64,000 nt of DNA from Lingula anatina (Eukaryota > Animalia > Brachiopoda): the NCBI GenBank assembly GCA_051362555.1, contig CM120648.1, positions 597,721 to 661,720 on the forward strand. Direction: 5' to 3'. Numbering within the stretch: position 1 is the stretch's first letter; every line of letters starts with the position of its first letter. The notes beneath the pieces were generated by a model. That model was not told where the DNA came from and searched no databases. It saw only the letters and a list, made by a program, of their open reading frames with translations. Shown here piece by piece: positions 26,501 through 37,892 of the stretch. The translations under genes were made by a program, and so were the position numbers.

Positions 26501-28591
26501 TTTTTCGGTGAAATGGGTGCACATTAAATTGGATGGTTACTATTTATTTACTGTAATTTATTCGTTTGCACATTGTGCTACATGTACGTGTACAAGTACA
26601 TATTTAACAACACGGTGCGTTTTAATTTTTTATCTTGTCTATTAGACATCTTTGCTATGATTGATAGTCCGCTAGGAACTGTATTAATTTCCACATAGCT
26701 TTGTGTACAGGGTAGATATCTCAAATAGTAACCATGATACTTCCGGTTTATCCCAACCTGTAGTAATTATATAGGACTACGTTCATTCTTCTGACATTTT
26801 TTTTTTGTCTCAAGAGTATTTCTTTTTCTTTACTTATGTCTTTTAATCAATTTTTCTCAGATTCTGCACAGAGACCTTGCTGCAAGAAATATTTTGTTAT
26901 CTGATGACAAAATATGCAAGGTTTCTGACTTTGGTTTTGCTAGGGACGTGATTGAAAGCCACCAGTATGAAATGAAGTCACAGGTATTATATACTACTGC
27001 TGGTAAATGAAGTCACAGGTATTATATACTACTGCTGGTAAATGAAGTCACAGGTATTATATACTACTGCTGGTAAATGAAGTCACAGGTATTATATACT
27101 ACTGCTGGTAAATGAAGTCACAGGTATTATATACTACTGCTGGTAAATGAAGTCACAGGTATTATATACCACTGCTGGCATCAGATAAAACATACACTTA
27201 TTTCTGGAACAAATACATAATACATTTTATTAAAGATAAGTAAATAACCACTTAATGATTAAAGTTCAGTGTTGGTGGAGAATGGATATCGAAAGCTTTT
27301 TAGTTACAAAGTGTGTGGCAAAAGAGCTTTTGATCTCAAATAACCAAGTTAATAAAATGAGACTTAAAGTCTGGGCGTTTAATAGATCCACTTGTTTACA
27401 GAATCTGTACTGGTTTTATTCCATGTGCATTTGATATGAAAGGGGTTTAAATATGTACACATAACTAAATTATTCTGACCATTCTAAATTCTTTCTAGGG
27501 TCGTGTTCCAGTGCGATGGATGTCTCCTGAAGCTCTGAATGACCACATATTTACTTCCCAGTCCGATGTCTGGGCGTATGGTGTCTTGTTATGGGAGATT
27601 GTCACATTGGGTAAGGCCCTATACAGTACGTATGTTAAATAAATACTAATGTTTTTGTGCAATATAATGGGCATCATCCAAGATTTTCCAAAATCTCGCA
27701 ACTTAGTGTAAAGCTTGGCTAGATTATGAAGGATTTCGAAGGAAGTGGGTCAGATTTAATGACAGGTTAACAAGGGCGGTGAGGTTTAAGCTGACAAAAT
27801 TTTTTCACGGATATTTTCCTGGTCGTTATATCTTTATTTTTATGAAATTATAGTTGCACATTAACACATTTGTCATGTAACTGATGTTTTGTGTGTCTCT
27901 TTTGTGTTGCTTGCTAAGTCGGCATTCCTGATGTGTAGACTTTCTAAAATGATAACGTCACTTCCCTGACTCTCGCTCGTTTTCTAGTCTCGGAAGACAA
28001 GACACATTGCCACCAGCTTCGTTTGATGCTCTTGGGTGATCCTCTTTACAAATTATCTTCTTAAAGACTCTTTTATATTTAGGCTGTATTCCTTACCCTG
28101 GTATGTCAGCTAAGCAAGTGATGAGAAAGATAACTAACGGATACCGGATGCCAAGGCCACAGCACTGTTCACAGGACATGTAAGTATATTTGAAAGTATA
28201 TAGTTTGAAAGGGTTTTAACATCAATCAATCAGGAAGAATATGGAACTTATGGAAAGTGCATGTTAGTGTTCTTTAATCAACAGTGGACTTTGAAAAATG
28301 TATTCTGTGTATTTAAGATTGCGAACGTCTTACAGGCAGCACTTTCTGCAATTACTTTGATAACGGTTATGTTGGGTTGGAAATATTATACATCATGGGT
28401 TTGATCATTTCAGGTATACTATCATGCTGTCTTGTTGGGAAGAGGCACCGGACGCACGACCTTCTGTTACGGATTTAACAAGTTCATTGAACGAATTACT
28501 GGTTGCAGATTACGACGTCTTGGCCTTTGGAGAGTTTGAAGAAGCATTGTATGCTAATATTGACAAATATGACAGTGACGAAAAGTGTTAA
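17236..28591 (+). CDS. RTK-2: receptor tyrosine kinase with signal peptide, five neuroglian/L1-like Ig domains, TM and Cad96Ca/RET-like kinase
   Basis: Exons: 17236-17299 (signal peptide); Ig1 17972-18089, 18605-18804; Ig2 19176-19388, 19813-19941; Ig3 20454-20577, 21308-21495; Ig4 21625-21762, 22525-22674; Ig5 23044-23176, 23602-23792; TM 24396-24536; juxtamembrane 24931-24974, 25122-25214; kinase 25323-25500, 25875-25988, 26294-26481, 26861-26983, 27499-27610, 28083-28179, 28414-28591. Intron phases are compatible throughout and all catalytic motifs are intact. Confidence 0.92.
17330..17880. repeat. 49-bp intronic minisatellite (~11 copies)
   Basis: Unit GTGTTAGGTGTGCTGATTGTGTTGTTTACGACAGCAGTGGGGAGCCACT, head to tail with no spacers. 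Confidence 0.95.
20035..20233. mobile_element. Palindromic MITE (copies at ~38250-38453, ~57720-57930, fragments at ~29600-30070)
   Basis: Long inverted arms GATCAAATATGGCCGACCCACTT / AAGTTGGTCGCCATATTTGATC, with termini ..TGCATTC / GAATGCAGCC. Confidence 0.75.
26972..27179 (+). repeat. 35-bp tandem repeat (6 copies) spanning the splice donor of the activation-loop exon of RTK-2
   Basis: ATGAAGTCACAGGTATTATATACTACTGCTGGTAA starts at 26972, 27007, 27042, 27077, 27112 and 27147. Confidence 0.95.
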
Positions 28592-30825
28592 ATGCCTGAG
28601 TTATCAAGAGAGCGAATCATTGAACAGAATCAGTTCCAAAAATGTGCTGAAAATCAGCTTTCACAATGCGTTAACTGACATAACTAATGCGTCGTCTAAG
28701 AATTTGTCGCGCTCTTCTATCAAGATACATCTGTCTGCATGCTTAAAATTGTTCAAAGTTGAATTCATATGACCGCCACAAATTAATGATATGTGTAGGT
28801 TGTTGTTAACTCATTAACTAATTAAATTAAATTAAATTAAATTAACAAACTTTATTTCAATTTATTCTCTTCATAAATTCATTTGTTTTTGTAACCTTGT
28901 AATTTCATCTGCGTACCAGCAAACAACGATTCTGGAAAAGATCACTGTATGATGAATTTTAATTGGATAGATTGAACCATTGTTTACGAAAGCGGTTGCC
29001 TTTCCATTACAATGACAGCAAATGATATATATGTGAAAGTGGAAAAGTGTACCTGTTCTTGTTCCAGTATGCAGGACTGTAAGATTGCGATAGTTGCGAC
29101 AGCATGAGACGCACTGTGGTTGTACTGACGAACGATATTTGGCTTTTTTCACATCAGGTTTGATTTGGCCCATAAGGGGGAGGGGAGTCTGGACCCCCCC
29201 CCCCCCCCCCCCCCCCCCCCCACGGCTCCCAATAAACTCGGGGGGGGGGGGGCGGGGGGCTTGAATTCTAGCAGGGTCACAAAATGAATTTTTTCTAGAT
29301 CTACGTAGGTATATTTTTGGCTATTCACTTAGTATGTTAATTGCTGCACTGTCTCAAAACCTTTTTACGCGAAGATGACAACATCATTTGGCTGGCCTCT
29401 GGTTAAGATAAGCCATTTTGCGGCATTCTCATCCTTAGCTGTCAACAATTTTTGTAACCAACTAGACTAAATCGGTCGTATAGTCAGAGAGTAACAAAAC
29501 ACCACGCACATTGTACTACTCACTATAGGTCACATTCAGAACGGATAAAATATGGCGAACCTTTCATGAAAGCAAGGGGACAATCAAAATAGATGATTCT
29601 AGTACTAACTGATCCGCCAAGTAAATATGGCCGACCCCACTTCAAAAGCGATGCCCATGATGGTATCCCCGCCTCCACACGTGCCGCCGCTGCAGGGGCC
29701 TAGCAATTATACCTGGGAGCGAGATTTAATCCGTTTAATGGTGGGTGTGGAGGCGGGGACGCGATTGGGAATGAGCGGCATCGCTTCTGAAGTGTGGGCA
29801 GCCATATATATAGCCAGGGGATCAGTTAGTACTCGGATCATCTATTCTGAATGTCCACCTAGACCGTCTTATCCCTTAATTAATGGTCTCTACACCCACA
29901 CGCGCCTTCCCTTGACGGGCCTAGCAATTAAACCTAGAAGCCGAAATTTAATCTTTGTGGAGGGGGGGGGGGCTTTGAATAATAAGGTGGTTTTGCTTTC
30001 ATGTAGGGTGCTCTATATTTGATCCGTGGACCAGTAGATCCCAGGATCATCTGTTCTGTATGCGGCCTATATTTTACGTAAAGATTAAACTAGTAGCTGT
30101 GCCTATATATACTGTATGTTGAAAACTAAACTACAATTAGCCTCACCCCCGCCAGGTAGATTACGCTTGGATAATTTAACGTAGACGTTATTATTTTAGC
30201 GGTCAAATAATCTTTGATCGACCATGGGAAATATCGGTCGACATGAATGGGCTACGTTGCCCCAGGTGTGATATTGTTAACAAAGACAACAAACCTAGCA
30301 CAAACATAACTTCTGGAAAGAGAAGTTCACAATTAAGTATGGTGGTATGTGTCCAAGCCGGAGACTTCCATCAAGATCGGCAGTGTTGACAGGTCTGAGA
30401 TGTTGAACACGTCATCGGAGTAAAAAAAAAACAAGACCGTGGGAAAGTTGCAGAGCAAGGGGAATCCCCCCTGCCAAGACACGACACTATTTCCGGTATA
30501 GTAGTATATTTTGTGACGCGAAAACCATCAATATTGCAAATCTACTTCAGCAAAATGATAACTAAACATCATAGAACATGTATATTTCGAAATCTATATG
30601 GATTTACATTGTTTCAGCATGGATTGGAAAATGACTTTGTTACCAGGGTGTAACGCACGAACTTCTGTACTCTGCTCAGTTACTTTCCCTTTCTTTTTCT
30701 ATTTATAGACACTTACATATATTACGAACCTTGTGATAAAATTTCCACATAAATTGTGGACAGGCAACAAACCAGAAAGGGAAGATTAACACCAAGTAAG
30801 ATGGGGACACTAAAATAACTCAGGC

Positions 30826-30827
<2 letters not shown>

Positions 30828-30913
<86 letters not shown>
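30828..30913. repeat. (CT)n microsatellite (paralog at ~13408-13465)
   Basis: Perfect CT run in duplicated intergenic DNA. Confidence 0.9.
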
Positions 30914-30915
<2 letters not shown>

Positions 30916-32364
30916 AACACACACGCGTTTGGTGGTGGTCGGCTCATGCCTTGGTTTAAATACCTCTTATCAAAATAACACGACCCAAGCCCGGGCCCCT
31001 GAGGACTTGTGTTTTGACAGCGCCCCTGATTATAAAGCATGGGGACATGGGCATTTAAATTTCAACATTGCGCCGATCTTGTGAGCGCGCTTTCCGCTTA
31101 GAATATGCATCGCACTTTGATTTATATTCATTAGTTATGGAAAATGTAACATTAAACACATACGGAAATTATCAAGAAAGAGTACACTTAACTTCACAGA
31201 GTTGGGAAAACACGCTGCGACCCTGAATCGGCGGTTAAACAGCGATGATAAGAAATGTTTTTTTTTTTTTTTTTTTTTTTTTTGTGAGCTACGCGCCAAA
31301 AAGTGTGAACCTGATATAGCCAATTTAATTAGTCTCATTAAATATTCAGGTGATTGGGTAATTACGTCATCAATGGATATTTCCACTATTTATATTAAGT
31401 CTCTAGGCCGAATTTGAATGGGGAAATGAAACTAAACAACAATAGCTGTACGTGGTTCGCTATCGTGCGTGTCTGAAGGACACAATACAGGATTGAGTCA
31501 TAACATTTGATATTACTTGCTCAGATGAAAGGTTTTCCTAACACAATGAAAAGCAGAGTGTATTTCAGTTATTTAAATCCCCAAATTGAACGATTTGTAT
31601 AGTTCACGTGTGAGATAATGCTTTGTACTGAAGTTGAAAACGGAAATGATGCTGACGCAAAAAAAAAACAACGTTTTCTTCTCCCATCAGTATTTGCGAC
31701 GGAGAGCAATTTTTGTTTTTCTGTAGTGTGTGTGCCGTAAATTATCCCTGAAATGACAAAGAAAAAAAAAAGAAAAAAAAAACATGACCGCACTATTGTG
31801 AGAACTATCTTTTCTATAATGTACAGTTGCAAAACAGACTGATATTTCTGTGTCCCAGATTTAAGCACTGTTTTAGTGTCATTTTCAGCTAAGAATTAAA
31901 ACGTTTAAAATACACATCAATGTTTGGAAACACAAAATTGTGTGTTATAATATGACAAATCCATCCCTTTTCACATGAAAATGTCCCCATTGTTATCCAA
32001 CACATGATAATATTTTGACAGAATTTCAAAGAAGATAACCCATTGTTGTTACTCAGTAACAAAGACGTGCAGATATATATTTGATGTTGTTATTCCTCGA
32101 ATGTTTTTGAATTTGTTTATCGGACGCTCGAGTTTATTTTTTTTTAAATTTTTATTTGTTTGTTGTTGTAATTCCCTTGAACGTCTTTATTTCAAGTATG
32201 TGTGAGGAAAAGAACAGAATTGTTTGACGTGTCGGTCTAACAGTTCTGATCTGCTATAAGATGACCGTTTGTAGCCGTGTACAATGTAGTCTACTATTTG
32301 CAACTTGCGTGGTAAGAGGCGCCTCGTCTTTGTGTGAGTTTGACCTAAAAAACAAGTAGTTCGA

Positions 32365-32606
32365 GTGACGTACAGGCGGGCGGGGCAGGGCGTGGGCTTT
32401 TTGCAGGGGGTGGGCTTTTCGGTCAACAAATGACCTTTATCAGCTGCAGAGTCATGGCAATAGGGGGATAGGAGGGGAATGGTCAGTTTAGTGCAGTGTT
32501 AAACGTAATGGTTTTCACAAGAAAAGAAAGCAAATCCTGGTGTTGGATTTTCTTATTAAAAGTGTCTCGCTTTTGAGAGTGTGCGTTTGCTTGTACAGAG
32601 TATAAA
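32365..32606 (+). promoter_or_regulatory. Putative RTK-3 promoter (CRE-like, GC boxes, TATAAA at 32601)
   Basis: GTGACGTACAGGCGGGCGGGGCAGGGCGTGGGC ... GAGTATAAATGCAC, conserved with 14345-14585. Confidence 0.45.
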
Positions 32607-34199
32607 TGCACTTTCACTGTATGTTCATGGACGTCTCGTCCTGACAAAGGCGTCTCGCCTGTTTCCTGTTTCTGCTTAGCAGATCACAATGAAAATAATT
32701 CACAATTGGCTCGCTCATGACGTATCCCTCTTTTTGTGGCTGCCATGTTTACAGATATCTAGGCTATTTGAAAACTTCCGCTATTTAAATAAAATCGGTA
32801 TAAGTAAACTATAAGGTGACAAGAAATGCAATGTGCATAGTGCACTGTACAAACAATAAATAAAAGCTACAAAGGCAGCATAAATGTTTATAAAGTACTA
32901 CAAAAGAAGAAACAGTACACAATGACACTAAAGAAAGGAAGGATGGATGAAAGAAAGAAAAAAGAAAGAAAGAAATAATAAAGGGAGCAAGTGTTGTGCT
33001 TAATGGAGTAAAGGCTCCACATGTGATTACACGCAAAATTACGCGCAAAAAACAGTGGTCTTTAAAACTGTTTATTTTTTGCTGGTATAAATATAAATGC
33101 AAGAAGTGTCGTTACTGATCCCTCAAGCTGCAAGGGTTCGAAACTGGGTTTCCATAAACCTATTGCACTAAAAGGATTGGTCCACTGGGAAACTCCGAGG
33201 GAATTCTAGCTAAATGCATTCAATTGAATTTAAGCGGCTTAAATATCTATCACACCCAGTGGAGCTCCTCGGGAGTAATTAAGTAATTGACTTTCGTATA
33301 CGCTTAGAGCGATCCTCCTAGTACGATAGGGTTATGGGAATGGTCCCTAAGTTCTTAAAATGCCAAGCATCCTGATATGAAAAAATAAATGCTGTCGTGG
33401 CAAATATGCTAATCATCATCCTGCTTTGGGCCTCTGAATGCACAAAACGCCAAGAATGTTGACTCCTTAGTTAAATCGGTTTGTTTATTTTTCATGTATT
33501 ACATGCAGCACCTTGTTCAATTTCCAAATAAACCGAGTTATCAGTAAGATTATCAAAACAAAACTAATAGGCAGTAATAAACGAAAGCAAGGCGTTGTGG
33601 ACTAGTTTTTTTTTAATTGTTGTAAATTAAGTAAAGCTATATTTTAATTATTTTAATCTTCAGGGTGCTACTGAAACCAGATGGTTAGTGAAAGTAGAAG
33701 AAATATTCTAACATAGAATTTTAAGGTAAAGTCTTTATTCTGATATAATATGCGTTGACACATTTTATTCCCAACATTATTGAGTAAAACTTTGTGTTCA
33801 GCTTTAAAAATATACTTAATTAGGTCATTAGTTTCATTGCATTAATTTGAAATAAGACTCATCGTTTAAGTAATAAGTCTCACTGTCTGTAGTGGATCCA
33901 ATATTTAATTCATGTATATCAACTTTGATTTTTGTTTCAAAGTTGACTTGTTGTCAACAATATGCATAAGGCGCTTAACATGTGGTCAATTGTAATATTT
34001 ATATTTGCAAAAAGACAATGATAATTGAAGGAGTTATGCTAAAATCAGTAATATTTCCTTTTCGTTTTCAGTGACAAAATGATAATTAAAAAAGATTTAG
34101 TGTATGTGTGTGTGTGTGTGTTTGTGATTTCTCACTTGTAATGTTTCATTTTTTCTTTTTATTGCTATTATTTTTGAATTTTCAGACTAGAACAGAAGA

Positions 34200-37100
34200 A
34201 TGACCATGACGAAGGCAGCAGTTGTGGTGATAACAGCTTTCTTCACTACAGTGATGACACAAGGTAAACACGCAGAACTGCATTGTGTGGGTAATGCTGA
34301 TTGTGTTGTTTACGACGGCAGTGGGGAGCAACTGTGTTAGGTGTGCTGATTGTGTTGTTTACGACAGCAGTGGGGAGCAACTGTGTTAGGTGTGCTGATT
34401 GTGTTGTTTACGACAGCAGTGGGGAGCCACTGTGTTAGGTGTGCTGATTGTGTTGTTTACGACAGCAGTGGGGAGCAACTGTGTTAGGTGTGCTGATTGT
34501 GTTGTTTACGACAGCAGTGGGGAGCCACTGTGTTAGATGTGCTGATTGTGTTGTTTACGACGGCAGTGGGGACCCACTATGGTAGTGTGCTGATTGTGTT
34601 GTTTACGACGGCAGAGGGGAGCCACTGTGTTAGATGTGCTGATTGTGTTGTTTACGCCAGGAGTGGGGAACCACTGTGTTAGGTGTGCTGATTGTGTTGT
34701 TTACGACGGCAGTGGGGAACCACTGTTTTAGGTGTACTGATTGTGTTGTTTACGACAGCAGTGGGGAGCCACTGCGTTAGGTGTGCTGATTGTGTTGTTT
34801 ACGACGGCAACAGGGAGCCACTGTGTTAGATGTGCTGATTGTGTTGTTTACGCCAGGAGTGGGGAGCCACTGTTTTAGGTGTACTGATTGTGTTGGTTGC
34901 GACAGCCCTGAAGAGCCATCATGTTATTTGTGTTGATTTTGTTAGGTATGCTGATTGTGTCCTGTGGTGACAGCAGTGGGTAGTTATTGCATTAGTAAGT
35001 GTGTGACTGAGTGGTGAGACATTCTGAACTATAAGATTGCAATTTTGGTGATTATGCATTGATTCGTATGGAAAAAGGCACTTGGTTGAATACCGACATA
35101 ATGTTTAAGACTGCTGGGAACTTTTCCTTTTGTGATGAAGAAAAATAATGCGTGACCTAATATTTTCAACTTTACTCTTATTGAAATTGTTTCATATGAT
35201 AATAACGTATTTGAGAAAGGGATTAATGGTGATGGGGGAAAGTAAATCTTAAATAAAAAGGAACAAAAATTACAGAAATAAAGTAGAACATATCTTTATG
35301 GAAACTTCTTTTTGGTTAAATTTAAGGTTACTAAAAGACATGTGACATATAAAGGCTATAACAGTGGTCCTGAGCCGTGTTATAAGTACTCAAAGAAAGT
35401 GGTTATTATTTAATATGTATAAATGTATCACGTTGGTTGTGTCGTAGATGGTGATAACAGCTGGATTTTTTTTTCTATTTCAGAAAAAAGATTTATCTTA
35501 TCAGAGAGGCTATAATCAGTGATTTGCTTGTTTGCATGAAAAACTTTAACCATAGGTTGATTAAATGTTACTAGCTACTTTAATATCTTGCCAGCATATA
35601 TTTTTGTCTCTCTCACTTATATGATGAGAAAAATGAAATCTCTCTTTCAGACATGAAGCTACCTCCAAGATTTATAGTACAGCCAAATAGACAGTATTAC
35701 TTTAAGGTGGATGATGCCACTTTTACACAAGAATTACCTTGTCATGCCAAAGGAATACCAGAGCCATAGTAAATATACACCATAGCATACAAATGCATTT
35801 TTCTGCTACTAAATATTGTTTTTTTTAACCAAAAATAATTTACAATAAAATACACGAAAACCTTTAGATATTCAGCTGTACTTAGATAATATATGTATTA
35901 GAAATTACTGAGATATCTTTTCAACTTACAATCCAAAGTCAATAAAAACATAACGTCTCTTGGCAAAAATAAATTAAAAAATTATCATTAACGGATTAAT
36001 TTACTTATTAATACACTTTTATCTTTCAGCTAAATTGTAATATGATATGACAATACAGCATGACTTGCTGACATGGTAGAATTTTCAAGAAGTTCAATTT
36101 TGATTTATTATTTTGATTGATTTATTATTCATATTTTTTCATAAATTTTGCTGCTACCAAATATTGGTTTTTTAAACAAAAGTTATATAAAATAAAAAAT
36201 ACCCGAAAACCTTTAGATATTCAGTTGTATTTGTTATCACCCATAAACCTTCTAAAGAACTGACCATCCTGAAAATTATTTTAAAAAAATTACATAAAAC
36301 TTATTAAAATATCTTTTCCACTTACGATCCAATGTCAAAAAAATTTCTTTTGGCAAAAGTATTTTAAAATTATCATTAACTTTTATCATTTAATGTTACC
36401 TAAATTGAAGTATGATATGGCAATAAAGCATGGCTTGCTGACATGGTAGAATTTTCAAAAAGTTGCCATTTTCATTTATTATTTTGATTGATTTATTATT
36501 CATATTTTATCATAAATACTATAATTATAAAACCCGCTTTTAGTTAAATTTATATTTAAGCGTAGGTAAAATAAACTATGAAAAATTATGAATCAGAATT
36601 TATTAATATTTCTTTCAAATAATTCCTATTTTAAACTTTCTTTCTTAAAAGATGAGCACATAATGCTTAAAGCCATTTTGCCATCTGAATATGTATATGT
36701 ATATGTATATACTATTCTGTAACTTTCATGAACTGATAAATATGTTTTTAAAAGTTATGAGTGGAAGAAATTCGGTGAGTTATTGTCAGTGGGTACTAGA
36801 GGCTGGAATTGGAAACCAAACGGCGGCGGCACCATCAGCATCAACGGCCCCGATTTCAGTGACGAGGGGTACTACCAGTGTCTAGCCAGAAATACTGACG
36901 GAATGGTGGCTGTGTCCACAATTGCTTTCTTCCAAAGAGCGAGTAAGTAAACGAGCTGTTAGTGGTGATTCTTTCTTGTTATTCATGAAATATGAAAGGT
37001 TTGTGGTACAGATAGATGAAATGCTGTTTTCCAGACCTATTCCAACTGTAAATGCTTAATAAATTGTAATCTTTTGAATGAAATGGATATATTAAGCGAA

Positions 37101-37840
37101 ATAATATAGTTGCTGATTAAATTTTATGTATTGGAATTTCAGATAAAGTACAATTTTCCTTTATTAGGGTGTAACAGTCATCGTAATTTTTAACCTGGAC
37201 ATTTTATAGGGAAAATGATTGTATATTATTCGTATCTAAACACGCTTTAACTCTTTGTTACTCTTAAAAAGTTTGTGAGATTATTTACTCTGTTTTAAAG
37301 GGGCTGGGGCTTTTCCTTACAACCAGACAGTAGAAACCAAGGTGGTCCGAGAGGGCGAGAATGTCACCTTGGTGTGCTCAGGAAAACCTCAGTTCCCTTA
37401 TGCAGCACCTAATCCCTCCATACAGTGGGAGCTGTACACGCCTGCTTCGGGGTCTGTGAAAGAAACCCAGGCCATTATGGCTGATGATAAGAGGAGACAG
37501 GTGGACGAGAGTGGTAAGACTAGCACTGAGGGGATTGCGTGCAGCAAGAAAGAAAAAGAGGAAGAGAAGAGAGAAAGAGCGAGAGAGTGAGAGAAGGAGA
37601 GAGAGAGGGGGAATAGGAGAGAGGAATGGCGGGAGTTAGGTAAGTAGGGAGGGAGGGAGGGACGGGAGAGAAAGAGAAAGAGAGGGAAGGGAGAGAGAGA
37701 GAGAGACCATCTTTAGTTAGTTATTTGTATTATTGCCATGAGGTTTTTTGGCACAATATGTCAGTTAACAAGTTGTATTACAGTTAACATGCTGTATTTT
37801 TTATAATATATATATATAATCTAATCTAATTATAAATTAG

Positions 37841-37892
<52 letters not shown>

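Noticed and set aside
26972-27179. 35-bp direct repeats of CRISPR-like length
   Set aside because: No spacers. The unit is the exon/intron junction itself.
29627-30022. 131-aa ORF starting MADPTSK
   Set aside because: It begins within a MITE arm (AAATATGGCCGACCCC), lies in a repeat insertion and shows no protein-like features.
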